The translations under genes were made by a program, and so were the position numbers. The notes under the pieces were generated by a model. That model had not been told where the DNA came from and ran no database searches. It saw only the letters and a list, made by a program, of their open reading frames with translations. Of a stretch of DNA of 63,941 nt, positions 27,401 through 40,426 are shown one piece after another. The DNA comes from Octopus bimaculoides. Taxonomy: Eukaryota. Position 1 is the first letter of the stretch. Each line of letters begins with the position of its first letter. The stretch lies in assembly GCF_001194135.2 (NCBI RefSeq), contig NC_068981.1:87851844-87915784 (forward strand), in the 5' to 3' direction.

Positions 27401-30400
27401 GTAACAGTAGAAGATACTTGTTTGTGACACCTCACCATAGAACTGATTGCAAAGCAATAGAGAAACTGATGACTGAAATCCAACTCTTTTAATATCTGTT
27501 TAAATCATAATTTTATCTCTACTAGTTAAAATTTATGTCAATTTCAATCTAGTTTATACATCATACAGCTTTACCTTATTTTGTGGAAAATTGCCTTTCT
27601 TTTTATATTATTATGTTATTAAATACCTAATTTTCTGTCCATTTAAATTTTTGTTTGACAGCATTTCCGCTTAGCTCTTCAAGATAGTAGTAAGTGTACT
27701 GTGTCAAAAGCTGAAAGTAAGTTAATTTGTTTCATTTTGAGTTGCAATTTCTTCAAATATTTTTTCAATATCTTATCATAATGCATTTTTCAATCCTCTC
27801 TCAGTATGACTTTTTCTCAATCATAGTGCTTTAAGAACAACATTATCCAAAATATCCTACCTTTTTTTTTTGTTTTAATCCAGTAGAGTTTCATCTGAAG
27901 GAGATTTTACTGCTATCTCAAGAACATTAAGTAATTATGTTGGCTTTCTCATTGGCTTGGGTACAGTCTCTCTTGATGTCTTATAAATGCCTCTGTATTA
28001 ACAAAGGTGATCTATCTATATAAACAACAATTGTTTCATGTACATATTGTTATTCTTCTAATATATGGCTCTGTCATGGCTATACAGTTAAGTTCACTCA
28101 GCAACCTTGTGGTTACAGGTTTGATGTCTCTTGCAGGAGTCTCCTACATCTCGAACATGGTATAGGTTCTTGCAAAAGCAGCCACTTATGCAGTGCCTGT
28201 TTTGTTCTATCAACATACTGGGCATCATAGAGTTACTTGCAATGCTGTATATGAAGTTGGCAGATAGGCAGCTGAAGTTTTGGGGGTAATTTTGTTCTTG
28301 GATTTGGGACCAGTGGTTGATGTAGAGACAAATGTGGCATATGCAGCAAGTGCATTTGAAAGAATCTCCTTCGTTCTACCAAATAAGGTGTTAATTATTG
28401 TGTTCTGCTGATGGCTGTATCACTGAATAAACAGAATATATTATGTGACATATACTACAAAATGTGAATTAACCAACATGTTACTTGATAATTAGGTTGG
28501 CTTTGAGGGCAAAAAGCACTTCATTCTTTCATAACAAGAAGAGGCAGTTGACTAAGAATACAATTATTCTTTGAAGTGTAATGTAGCATGCTGTGTCATC
28601 CAGTTATGAATTTACATTGAAAACAATGAATTGTAATAAAAATCTCAGCAATGAGAAAGAAAATATGAAAGCCAAGAGAAGCCTCAGTGATGAATAGCTT
28701 CAGCACGTTTAAGAAGGAAAAAAAAAAACGTTTTGAAAATCTCATATTTCTCAGAGCAAGTTATTTGTTGCAAACTGTATTAAGTCTTTTGTTGTAGTAG
28801 AGGTTCATATAGGCTCTCTCTGGTACAACTGTGACTTTCAAAACATTGCTGGTCTGGAACCTCTTATCGGCACTAATTTAAACTAATATATTTCATTTAA
28901 TTATGTAAGTAAATTTAATATTTGTTTAAGTTAGAGTGTGTTGACCACACACTCTTAAGTTTTTCTATAGGGCTGGTTGAGATTTTAAAAGAAATGCTTT
29001 GGGATACCAAAAAGGGTAGTTTGATAAATTTATTTAACAAGTAGCTAAATAAATTTTTAACTAGTCAGAAGATAACTGTTGATAGGATAAGAGGCATGAC
29101 ATGTTTTGAATTGTGGGCATTCTCATCTGATAAACATGGATTTCAGTGGAGAAAAATATGAGGTTATGTGTGTATGATTGCACCCAGGGAAGATGAAAAT
29201 TAAAAAGCTTAGAACTTTACAGTTTTCTAAAAAATTTAGAACTGGTATATCAACAACCTTCCCCTAACTGGTGCTAATAGCTTAATTATAAAAATTTGCA
29301 AGTATCTTATTACTAATTTACATTTTCCAAAAAAATAAGCTGCTTTATTATACTTTCTTTTTCTCTTTTTTTTTTCTTTCCAGTACGTTTACATATAGCT
29401 CATCTATTTCAAGTTCAGGTTAGTTTTATCTCATTGTTTTTATAATGTATTTTATCATCCTGGCAGAAAGCATAGAACTCTATATATCTGAGAAATATTA
29501 TATTTTTATCTTGTGGTACAAAGAGAAAGAAAGTGATTTGATAATCTAGAAATGGCATGAATAAAATCTGAAAGCTGAAAGGATCAAAAGTTTCAATGAA
29601 TCTGAGAAGAAAATTTATTGAGTTAATCACCCATTTTTTTATTTGAGGGAATTCAGTTTCAACACAAATTTCTTGCTTTAGCCTTCTCAGCTGAAAACAA
29701 GCTCCAGCCTAGTCTGGTGCAACCTTCTGTCCTTCCACCTGCCCATTCTTCTTCTGAGTCAAAAAGTGGGTGAGCTGAGAAGGTGTCTGCTTCTGACTGC
29801 TTAGGCACCTAAGGCAATTAACAAACTCATGTTACATGCAACCAGGTCATATTTGCATGCAGATGAGGGCTATGGTCTTAGATTATTGATGCAGAAAAGA
29901 TTTTGTGCTTCTATCTTGACAAGAACAATTCAAACTAAGATGTGAATTCCTTATCCACTTGGTAACTACAATTCAACAAATTAATGTTCAGTGAAGGATG
30001 ATCTATCAGTTGTTTAAATGACAGTTGTTCAAGCAACAGAGGTAGGTGGGAGAAATGTATATATCTGATCATGCTAGTTTAATGAAATAGGTTTTTCTGA
30101 ATCAAAACTGACTAGGTTTTGAAAAGAAACCAAAGTATCACAGAGTTTAGCTTGTCCTACTATGATTGATAGAATGTTTTGGTTTAATGTTGTTTAATTA
30201 AAAGTAGTTTATAATTTTGGGTTTGTCAGTGCATTTATATTCTTAAACTTAGAGGATCAAACCTCAGCAATTTAAAATACCAAAGTACATTTAAATTAGT
30301 ATGGTGCTCCATTTGCCTGTTTCTTTTTTGCGCTTGTTTGTTACTAATTAAATGACATTGGAGGGGGAGGTGTGATCACTGCTATGCCAAGGACGTAACA

Positions 30401-33400
30401 CATAATTACATATACAACAAATGTACAGGGCTTTTTCAGCTGAATTTATTCGATCAACTATCTTTTGCAAACCCCTCTTGATAAAAAAAGTGTTTACTGA
30501 TAATAGACTTATTTTTATCTGCTCAGCTTATTAATACAACAGGCATACCTCACTCTACGTCGTTAATTGGTTCCACGAGACACGACTTAAGTCGAATTAA
30601 CTTGTTTCCAGGCTAGGCTAGGCCGAATTTACTTGTCTCTAGTAAAAAAAAAAAGTAATCTGAATTTACGCATACAATTTGGTGGTGTTTACTGTACATC
30701 ACTGATGCTTTATCTATGAATGCATTTTGCAAAAAGACATGGTAATATTAAGGCCTTTTTTAAGCTTAAAAACAAATTCAGTGATTATTATTATTTTGCA
30801 ATAGTAAAAAAACTAAATTATTTTAAATTTACCAATACACACATACAATTTGGTGGTTCACATCATGGATGTAATGGCTGTGGATCGTCAACATCAACAG
30901 TTGGCTCTGGCTGTTCTTGTTCAATGCACTTAAAAAACCAGTTGAGAATTTCTTGAACTGATTTTACTTCTTTTCGTCAAGAATTACATTATAAGGGGCA
31001 AAAGGTTCGTGACAAGCCCCCATAATTTTGGAAATGCATTGAGCATTTGGATCCATATCCTAAAACATAGAAAGACCTTTTTTGATGTATACAAATGCTT
31101 GCTGCATTTTCTTAATGGTAAAGTGATGTAGCTCAGGTTCAACTCCCCCTTCTTTGTTATTTTGCTGCTCGTGAAGCTCTATCAAATCCTCGTTCGTCAG
31201 GGACTGCTTGTCTTTTTCAAATAAATCTGTGAAATCCTCTCCTCCAAATCCATTTCCAGTTCTTTGCTCATAGTCACCAACGCTTTGTTGATGGCAACAT
31301 TATCAAACCCCTTAAAATCATACACGAATTGCGGACATAGCTTCTGCCATACACCATTCATAAATGTGCTCTGTACATCATTCCATGCCGCTGCTATGTT
31401 CTGTACAGCCTTGTAGATATCGTATCTCTTCCAAAAGTCGTGAAGTGTGATGGACTCATCAAGATCAGTTGCAGCTATTACTCGCCTCAGCGTACACTTC
31501 ATATAGTAACGCTTGAAGATAGCAATTATTCCCTGATCCATTGGCTGCAGAAGAGACATAGTATTCAGAGGGAGGTATACGACGGTAGCGTTGGGGTTAA
31601 AATCTACAAAGTTTTGCGGGTGGCCAAGAGCATTGTCTAAGATAAAACCTTAAAAGGAATTCCCTTCTTCTTACAGTACTTCTCTGCTGCTGGGATAAAA
31701 TGATTGAAGACCCAATTTTCAAAAACAACAGTAACCCATGCTTTTGAATTAGCCATCCATATAACAGGGATGCCTTAGGTATGTTCTGGGCACGGGGGTT
31801 GTGTGCATGATAGACAAGCAATGGCTTTAACTTAAAATCTCCTGCACAATTACCTCCCAACATAATGGTCACACATTCTTTTGAGACCTTGTAGCCTGGA
31901 ATAGTTTTCTCCTCCTTGTAAATGAATGAATGGTCTGGCAATTTTTTCTAATACAATTTCATCTACGTTAAAAATTTGTTTGGGAAGAAACCCGTTTTCT
32001 TCAATGATTTTCTTTAATGCATTGGGAAATTCCGCTGCTGATTGTCCGTCAGCTGATGCACTTTCACCTTGCTTCTTAATGGAGTGATAACTTCTTCGCA
32101 CCTTACATCTCAATCATCCTTGACTTGCCTTGAACTCTACATCTTTCCCATCTGGATATTTTTTCTTCAAGTCCTCAAACAAAGACAATGCTTTCTCTTG
32201 AATGATTTCTTGACTAATGGTAGCATGCTGACGGTTCAACCTTTCAATCCAAATAGAAAGAAGACTTTCTATTTCTTCAAAGATTTTGCCTCTTTTCTTC
32301 ATCCCTGGAGCTTTAGATTTGATATGTGCTAAAATCTTGTTCTTATTATGTACAATTGTTGATACAGTTGTCCAACTCATCCCAAAAGATGTGCAATTGC
32401 TACCACTTTTTCACCTTTTTCATGGTGTTTTATCATAGCCAGTTTATATTCCAATGTTATAGCATGATGCTTAGCACTTTCACTATGAATTTTCTTAGAA
32501 GCCATGGGGTCAAAAAATAAAGTCACAAATGAATGAGAATGAGAAAGTAGCAGATAGACAGACATAAACAAATCTGAATTCAAAATAGTTGCAGGAATCA
32601 CGAGTGACAACGATGCCTAATGGTAGATATTGGAACTACAGTGCCATATGAGTTCTGAAAGACTGATAAACAAGACAACTCAGCTGATTTATGATTTCGT
32701 TCACTCAGCTACACTACTTTACGGTGTGTATCTTAATATTTACTGTACATATTTTAATATGATTTTATATGCTTTTATTCTTATTTATTGTACAGTAACA
32801 TGGTTTTATGTGCTTTTAATGGTTTCCTAGTGATTTGTGGCGGACAGATGTAAATTTGAGTAAAATGACTTGACTTGATTTTTATTTTATCATATATTAT
32901 TTTTGAAAACTGACGTATAATCAAGAATGACTTAAGTCGAGGTATGCCTATATATTGTTCTAAAATTTCTTATCATCTATCATTTAGTTAATTTTGAGAA
33001 ATGGTTATAATTCTTTATATCTTAACATATAAGAATCTGATTAAAATTTTTAAATTTTTTTTTTTTTAGGGCAAATACAAGCAGTCGAAAGAGGCTTACG
33101 AACAATTCCTTTTACCTGAAGACATCACTGACAAAATAAAAGCTATTGCTTACAGACAATTAGGTAAAATATCTTAAATTTGAATTACTTTTTGCCTTTA
33201 TTTTTGCTCTCTAATTCCAGTCTTAATTTTTTCATTTTTTTAGTTCAATTTTTCTTAAAATTTATGCACAGTATAGTATAAAATTTATTGACAGTATTTC
33301 ACATTGACATGTGGTAGATCTGATGCTATTTTGTTGTTTCTATAGATAGTATATTTTCATTTAAAAAATAATTTTTGAGACATTATTTTTTAAATTTAAT

Positions 33401-36400
33401 TTCTATTATTGGAAGAGTGATTCTGCAAACAGGATAATTAGAAAATAGCTTAAACAAAATTTTAGTTATGTTGAATATGAGGGGTTTCTATGAGAGGGCA
33501 TTGAAGGGAGAGGAAATACAATTCTTTACTTTACTAAAATGATTGATAATTGTATTGGCACTGAGAAATTTAGTGAAATAGCAGACCCTTAACACATAAA
33601 GCATGACTGGCCACAATCGTGGCCGTCAGGTAGACGTCAGCAGGCCACGATCGTGGCCCAAATAGATGCGTTTAATTTATGGGCGTTTGGTGGGGTCTAA
33701 TGTCACTCAAATACTCTGATACCCCCCAGAATGCAAGAGGATTAATAGTTCAACTAATGACTTTTCAGATGATGTAAAACTTGCCATCATTATATACTAA
33801 GAAGATATTTTAACTATTTTTTGTTTTGTATGTGTGCATGGTAGTCTCATTTTCATAAAATGTGCTCAGCAGTCCATGCTATGTAAGTGCAAATCCCAGT
33901 GCTTTATGGGTTAACGTTCATTGAAATATGTGGTTGGAAGTAGATAACCAAGTTTGAGATGAAGAGAATGAAAGAACATAAATTGTTAAAGGATATCTGC
34001 AAACTTCCGTCAATAATGGAGCTAGCACATGCATACTCAATCATTAACAGAAAGGCAAGAAGTAAATGAGCTTGTTTTGCAGTAGATACTTCTCAATGTT
34101 ATAAAATAATGGATCAGATTGACTAAAATTGGTGGAGAGGTGTATTCTAAAAGACCACAGCACACAACTAAAATTGGTAGAGAGTTGCATTGTAAATGAC
34201 TAAAGTGCACAACTGTGATTGAGGTAAACAACTAGTCATCTTTATATTGGATGGGATGACTTTCATTAGCTTCACTGTTAGCAAAATTTCTGAATTGAGC
34301 TTTCATGGAGAATTGTTTCTACTTGTGAGATAAAAAAATAAAGGATGGCTTAAGGTTAGTATTTGATAACCAGATTAAATCAAGGATGTAAATAGGGAAG
34401 GAGATTGATGTTAAATTATAAATTCAGTTTCTGTTAATGTTCAGTGAGGGTGAAATAGGAAGAAATCCTGACTTTGATGTGAGACAGAGTTTTATTAATT
34501 TTAATTTTTTTTAGTCTTCAGATAAAAGCAAATGAGAGTGTTGTGTGTAGTTATGTAAATGTTTGTAAAATGTAATTCTTGAAAGGAACTAATGGTATGA
34601 TGAAAACTCTGTATGAGTGTTCAGCTTTTGCCAAACAATCTGCACAAATAATTTGTTTATAGTGATCAAATGTATGTGCTGTACATTAGCTCACTCCCTC
34701 CTTCAAATTGACGTTGCCTGAATAGGCGCATGGTGTATCATGCATCAGGTGTTGAAATGTTTTGCTCAAGTAGACAACACACCCTAACTAACCACTAGGC
34801 CATGTGTCATCACATGATCATAAAACATAATAACAGGAACTAATGATATAATTTTCACTTTTCTAGGCTGGTTATTCCATACTGCAGAACAGCTTGGTGA
34901 TAAAAGCACACGAGAACCAGTTGCAATTCATTATTTACATAAATCAATAGAATTAGACTCTTCTAATGGACAAACCTGGTACCTCTTGGGCAGGTTGGTA
35001 TTTTGACATTTTTAGCATGCATCCTTATCACTAAATACAGTTTTCGTTACTGTACAGGTCATTGCTTATTTATTCTGTTCTTTGATCTCTCACCTTTATA
35101 CTACAGAATTAAAGCTGTTCCTTTTAAATCCCGAGATCTGTCTTTACAGCATTTGTTTTACTGTTAAGTAGCATCCCACTTCTAATAAATGCAATCTATT
35201 TCTGAAATTTCATATTGTGACTAATTCAAGTTTACATTATTATTCAATTTTAGATATTAAATAGGTTATATTAGTTAGCTGTATACACATGTATATAAAA
35301 GTGATTTCTTTTTAAACATTTTTAAAAAATACCTTGTTATAACAAGTTAAATCACAAAAATTTGCTACTGTAGTGAAAGCAACATCTCCACTCCTTCAGT
35401 CAAGGTTGATGAAGCATGATTTTTATATCATTGAATTTCTCCCATCTCATTTGTCCTCCTTTAATTATGATATTCCCTCCAGTTAAAAATGGAATTTTAC
35501 ATTAAATCCTATTTGTCAAAATCTATTTTCAACTTATCTAAAATTATTTACTCACTGACAATAATGTTAAATGTAAAACCTGTCTGTCCTAAATTCAGCT
35601 ATGAAGCTTTCATGATGAACTTGAAATTTCTGAGTCTAATATTAGTTCACATTATTTCTATACTCTATCAAACAGCTCATATCAACCAGTAGTCTACACA
35701 CATTATACATAATTGTTTCCTCTAGTGTTTTCTCCCATAGCTGTGTCATAAGCATAATGTTAATTTTGTAGAAACCAAGTATCATATTATCCTTGTTGAC
35801 TTTATCCTGTACAAGTCTTACAATGACATAATTTTGTACACTAATTACTTGTTTTATCAGCTTCAGTACCCATAGGTAATCTAGATATCTGCTTGGACAT
35901 TTACATGAAAACCTATTATGGATTTAAAGGGGGTAATTACACCCTCCCATCCCACCTCATTTTGCCCAAATTTCATTTGCTGTTTGTGCTTTCAGGTGCC
36001 TGTCTAGTATAGGAAGAGTTCATGATGCCTTCATCCACTATCGTCATTCAAAAGACAAGTGGGAGGCTAATGCTGACACATGGTGCTCTATAGGGTAAGT
36101 AATTGCAATATTAAGTCTTTTTCAAAATATGTTAATAAATGTGAATTAATAAAACTTTTACAAAAATATCTTTGATAAAAGTGATTGTTTTAAGTACTGA
36201 GATCTTTGTGTTAGCACGTTAGATTCATAAGTAGGAATGACATTATAGAAGATACAATTCTCTAGTATTATCAGAAATTTTAAATTGATAGAACAATTAC
36301 AGGAACATCAACTTTATTTTATTTTTCTAGTGTTTCCACATTAATACATCTCTGATTTTGTATACTTATATTAAATTTGTTTGTGGTCCTATTAGAGTGG

Positions 36401-39400
36401 AAAGAAAGTAATTACTTTGTCATTCTTAACCTTTATCCATCCATCTAAGCAACTCTCAACTTTCAACAAATTATTGCCAAAAATAAAGAAATGTTCAGTG
36501 TTTTATTTGAGCATATGTAAACTAATAATTGAGTTAAACTTAGTATATTCTTAAAGTGGATGGTGAGTTAGACAAAATGGTTATAGATTTAATGCTTTGC
36601 AGCATTTATTTCTTTCCTCCAAGTTGTGAGATCAAATGCCAACTGGATTGACAAAATAAGTACCAGACATAGAGAGTTTGATTTAGTTGACTATATCTCT
36701 CTCCTAGCAATTGATGGCTTTGTGTCAGATTTAAGAACTCATTAAAATGTAGTGTTAATCAAACTGCTTAATATTCAAATATAATATTTCTTCACATTGT
36801 TTTGAATTTCTATTGTGTTATTATTTATTTTTAGATTGGCATTTTGAACATAAAAATGAGTAGCATACTTGGCCTGGATATAGCCAATTAAAAAATGCTA
36901 AAGGGTTAAAGTTATTATTTTGGTAAAAGTGAATCATATGGTATATATTTCCCTATTAAAATGAGTAGGAAATGAAACTGTGATGTTCATGCTTTCATAC
37001 TCTTATTAAGAGAAATAGCTACAAACTAGAAACAAAAAATTCATGCTGGGCGATCACCCGTTCTGTGCTCATGAACATCTTGGTAGATGAAATAAATATA
37101 AGATAGTAAGGTGTAGTGCTATGTTCTCAAAGGCATTTTTAGTTTCCTTCAAATGTAAACTTGAAAAACATTAACAATCAAAATAGAGAAACATTTTTGC
37201 TTTATCTTGATAATTTAGTTGCGTGTGTAAAATTTTTATTTGCTACTATGAGTAAATGGTATGAAACTTTTTTTTTTTCTTTCTCTGTTAGAGTACTGTA
37301 TCAGCAACAGAACCAGCCTATGGACGCTCTGCAAGCCTACATCTGTGCAGTGCAGTTGGACCGCACTCACACTGCAGCATGGACTGATCTAGGCATTCTC
37401 TATGAGACATGCAACCAACCTAGAGACGCCCTTACTTGTTATATAAATGCTACAAATAACAAAGGTATTTTTTAATCACACTTACATAATTCTTATTAAC
37501 ACATATTTTTATGTGTAATAATTTACTTTTTTTTTTTTATGCTTAATAACATACAATAATATTTGATTAATTTTTCATAGTGTAAAAAGCTCATATTGAT
37601 CAATTCTCTTCCCTCAGTCTATTAGTATTATCTTTATTATCACTGTAAGTGGTCTTGCAGTATTTATGTAGAGTTTTTATTTTTCTTTTACTGGACTGAG
37701 GTATCTGGTGCCTTGCTGTACTCAAGAAGACCTGCCCTCCGCAGCAGAAGTATTAATGGCGCTCCCACTGCTGAAGAGGATTGGCCTGCAAGAGCCTTGT
37801 GCTGGTGCCATATAAAAAAAAGCATCCATGCCAGCGCCATGTAAAAAGCACCCAGCTCATTCTGTAAAATGGTTGGTGCTAGGAAGGGTATCCAGCTGTA
37901 GAAACCAAGCCAAAACAGACTGGAACCTGGTGCAGCTCTCCTGCTTGCCAACTCTGGTCAAACCGTTCGACCCATGCCAGCATGGAAAAGAGATGTTAAA
38001 GGAGGATGATGATGTACTTATAATTCACTTTTTAATTTGTTTCTTTAAATTTTTATTTTAATAAAATTAGATTTGAAATTGTTTTCATCTAATGTATTTC
38101 TGAATCTATTTATTCTTATTGCAGCTTCTGTAAATCCTAATCTAGCAGCTAAGATAAAGTTTCTGCAACAGCATCTTGTCAGCATACCTCTTCAACATTT
38201 ACAAAACAGGTAGGGGAATTTATTTTGTTATATTTCAAATTGACACATTGTTTGGTTTGATTGCTATTGTCCACAGAAACAGAAATATATTGGTTATATG
38301 AAACAAATAGAGACAAGACTGTTTTCTAACACTCGGTACTAGACAACATATACATTGTAAAGACTTAGAACTATATAGATTAAAAGAAAATTTGCTTGCA
38401 ATATATAAAGTTGCTAAATATTGTTGTACTCTATCTGTTTGATCCTACTTCTTTAACCAAACCATAAGAAACTACAACTGATAGGCAATAGCATTTGGTA
38501 TTTTTACAATTTGTGCAGTCACTACCATTCAGGACTTATCTTAGTAAGCCCACAGTTGGCCTTGACAGATTTCAATGCCAAAATGAAACTTCCAGCTATA
38601 ACTGCAACTTAATCTGTTTCACACACATTTTTTGTCGACTTGTCTATTCTGTTTTACCCTGTAGATCTGATATTCCTAAGATCCATACATGTAACTACAT
38701 AAAGCATGCATATGAGCTGATTTTGAATGTCAATATGCAGATTTGATGTCTTCATATCATTAGTGTCATTGGCTTCATATTTTGTTTAAAGTTATTGAGA
38801 AATCCTGGAGAATAGCGTAATAGGTATAAAACCCCACACACACACACACACACACACTTTAAGTTGGAACTCATGCTTGCATAATTTACATGTTCTGGAT
38901 GGATATTAGAATGTTATCAATGTGTTTTATATTCGATTATCATTTCAATAAACTTTGAAATTTTTTACCATATTTTGTTAAAGCTCCTCAATTTTTGGTT
39001 TTCAATGAAGTTTGTTTCATACTTAGGGAAGATTAAATATATATAGCTGGGAACCATAGCATCTCTAAAGACCTCCCATAGAGTTGATTTTACTGCGGCT
39101 CGAATATTTGAAACTTTTACTGTTTTTTACATTCGAGCGTGATCGTTACCAGTGTTGCCTTACTGGTGCTAGTGGTACGTGGAAAACAACATTCGAGCAA
39201 GGGCGTTGCCAGTGCCACTGGACTGGCCCCTGTGCAGGTGATAAATAAAAAACACCATTTGAGCATGGCCATTGCCAGTACCACCTGACTGGCCCTCGTG
39301 CCGGTGGCACGTGAAAGCACCCACTACACTCTCGGAGTGGTTGGTGTTAGGAAGGGCATCCAGTTGTAGAAACTCTGCCAGATCAGATTGGAGCCTGGTG

Positions 39401-40120
39401 CAGCCATCTGGCTCACTAGTCTCCAGTCAAACCGTCCAACCCATGCCAGCATGGAAAGCGGATGACTTGCTCGACTAAAGGCGATGCTCCAGCATGGCCA
39501 CAGTCAAATAACTGAAACAAGTAAAAGATATATATATATATATATAATATATATATATTAGTTATACATACACAGACACACACACAGAGATACAAACACA
39601 CAACACACAACAACACAAACACTTATATATTTTGGCAAACTGATTAAGGGAATGAAATCAGAGAAATATTGGAATTGCACGTGAGTACGTGAAAGAATGC
39701 GAGAGGAGATGGAGACAGAGAGAGAGAGAGAGGGAGAGAGAGAGAGAGAGAGAGAGAGACATGAAGGCAGACAGACGGACAGACAACCAGAGAATTAAAG
39801 GATTTTCTTCTTGTAAAAGAGGAAAAATCAAAAACAATATATGAGCATTCGTACGCAGCGGTTGTTTGTATGGTTATGTGTGTATGAGTGTGTTTATCTA
39901 AGTGTAAGACAGACAAGCAGAGAAGCAGACTGACAGACATGCAGACATACAGACAGACAGACAGGCAGGCAAAGAAAGAAAGGCAGAGTGATTGAAAGGT
40001 GTCTTATTGAAAAGGATGGCAATGAATGGATGTGTGAATCAAAGAATAAAACTGTCACAAAAGAGAACTACCCGTCCCCTCTCTCCCTGCCATACATTCA
40101 CTATTACTGCAATCTAAATT

Positions 40121-40151
<31 letters not shown>

Positions 40152-40154
40152 GCA

Positions 40155-40192
<38 letters not shown>

Positions 40193-40394
40193 GTGTAGTA
40201 GTAGTAGTGCATAGTGCAGATGGTTGTGGTAGTAGTAGTAGTAGTAATAGTAGTAGTAGTAGTAGTAGTAGTAACAGCAATTACATTGCTAACAAAAGTG
40301 AATGATAATGATGATGATGATGACTACAACAACATCAATAATAACAATAATAATAATAATAACAACAGCAACAACGACAACAACAACAATAATG

Positions 40395-40426
<32 letters not shown>

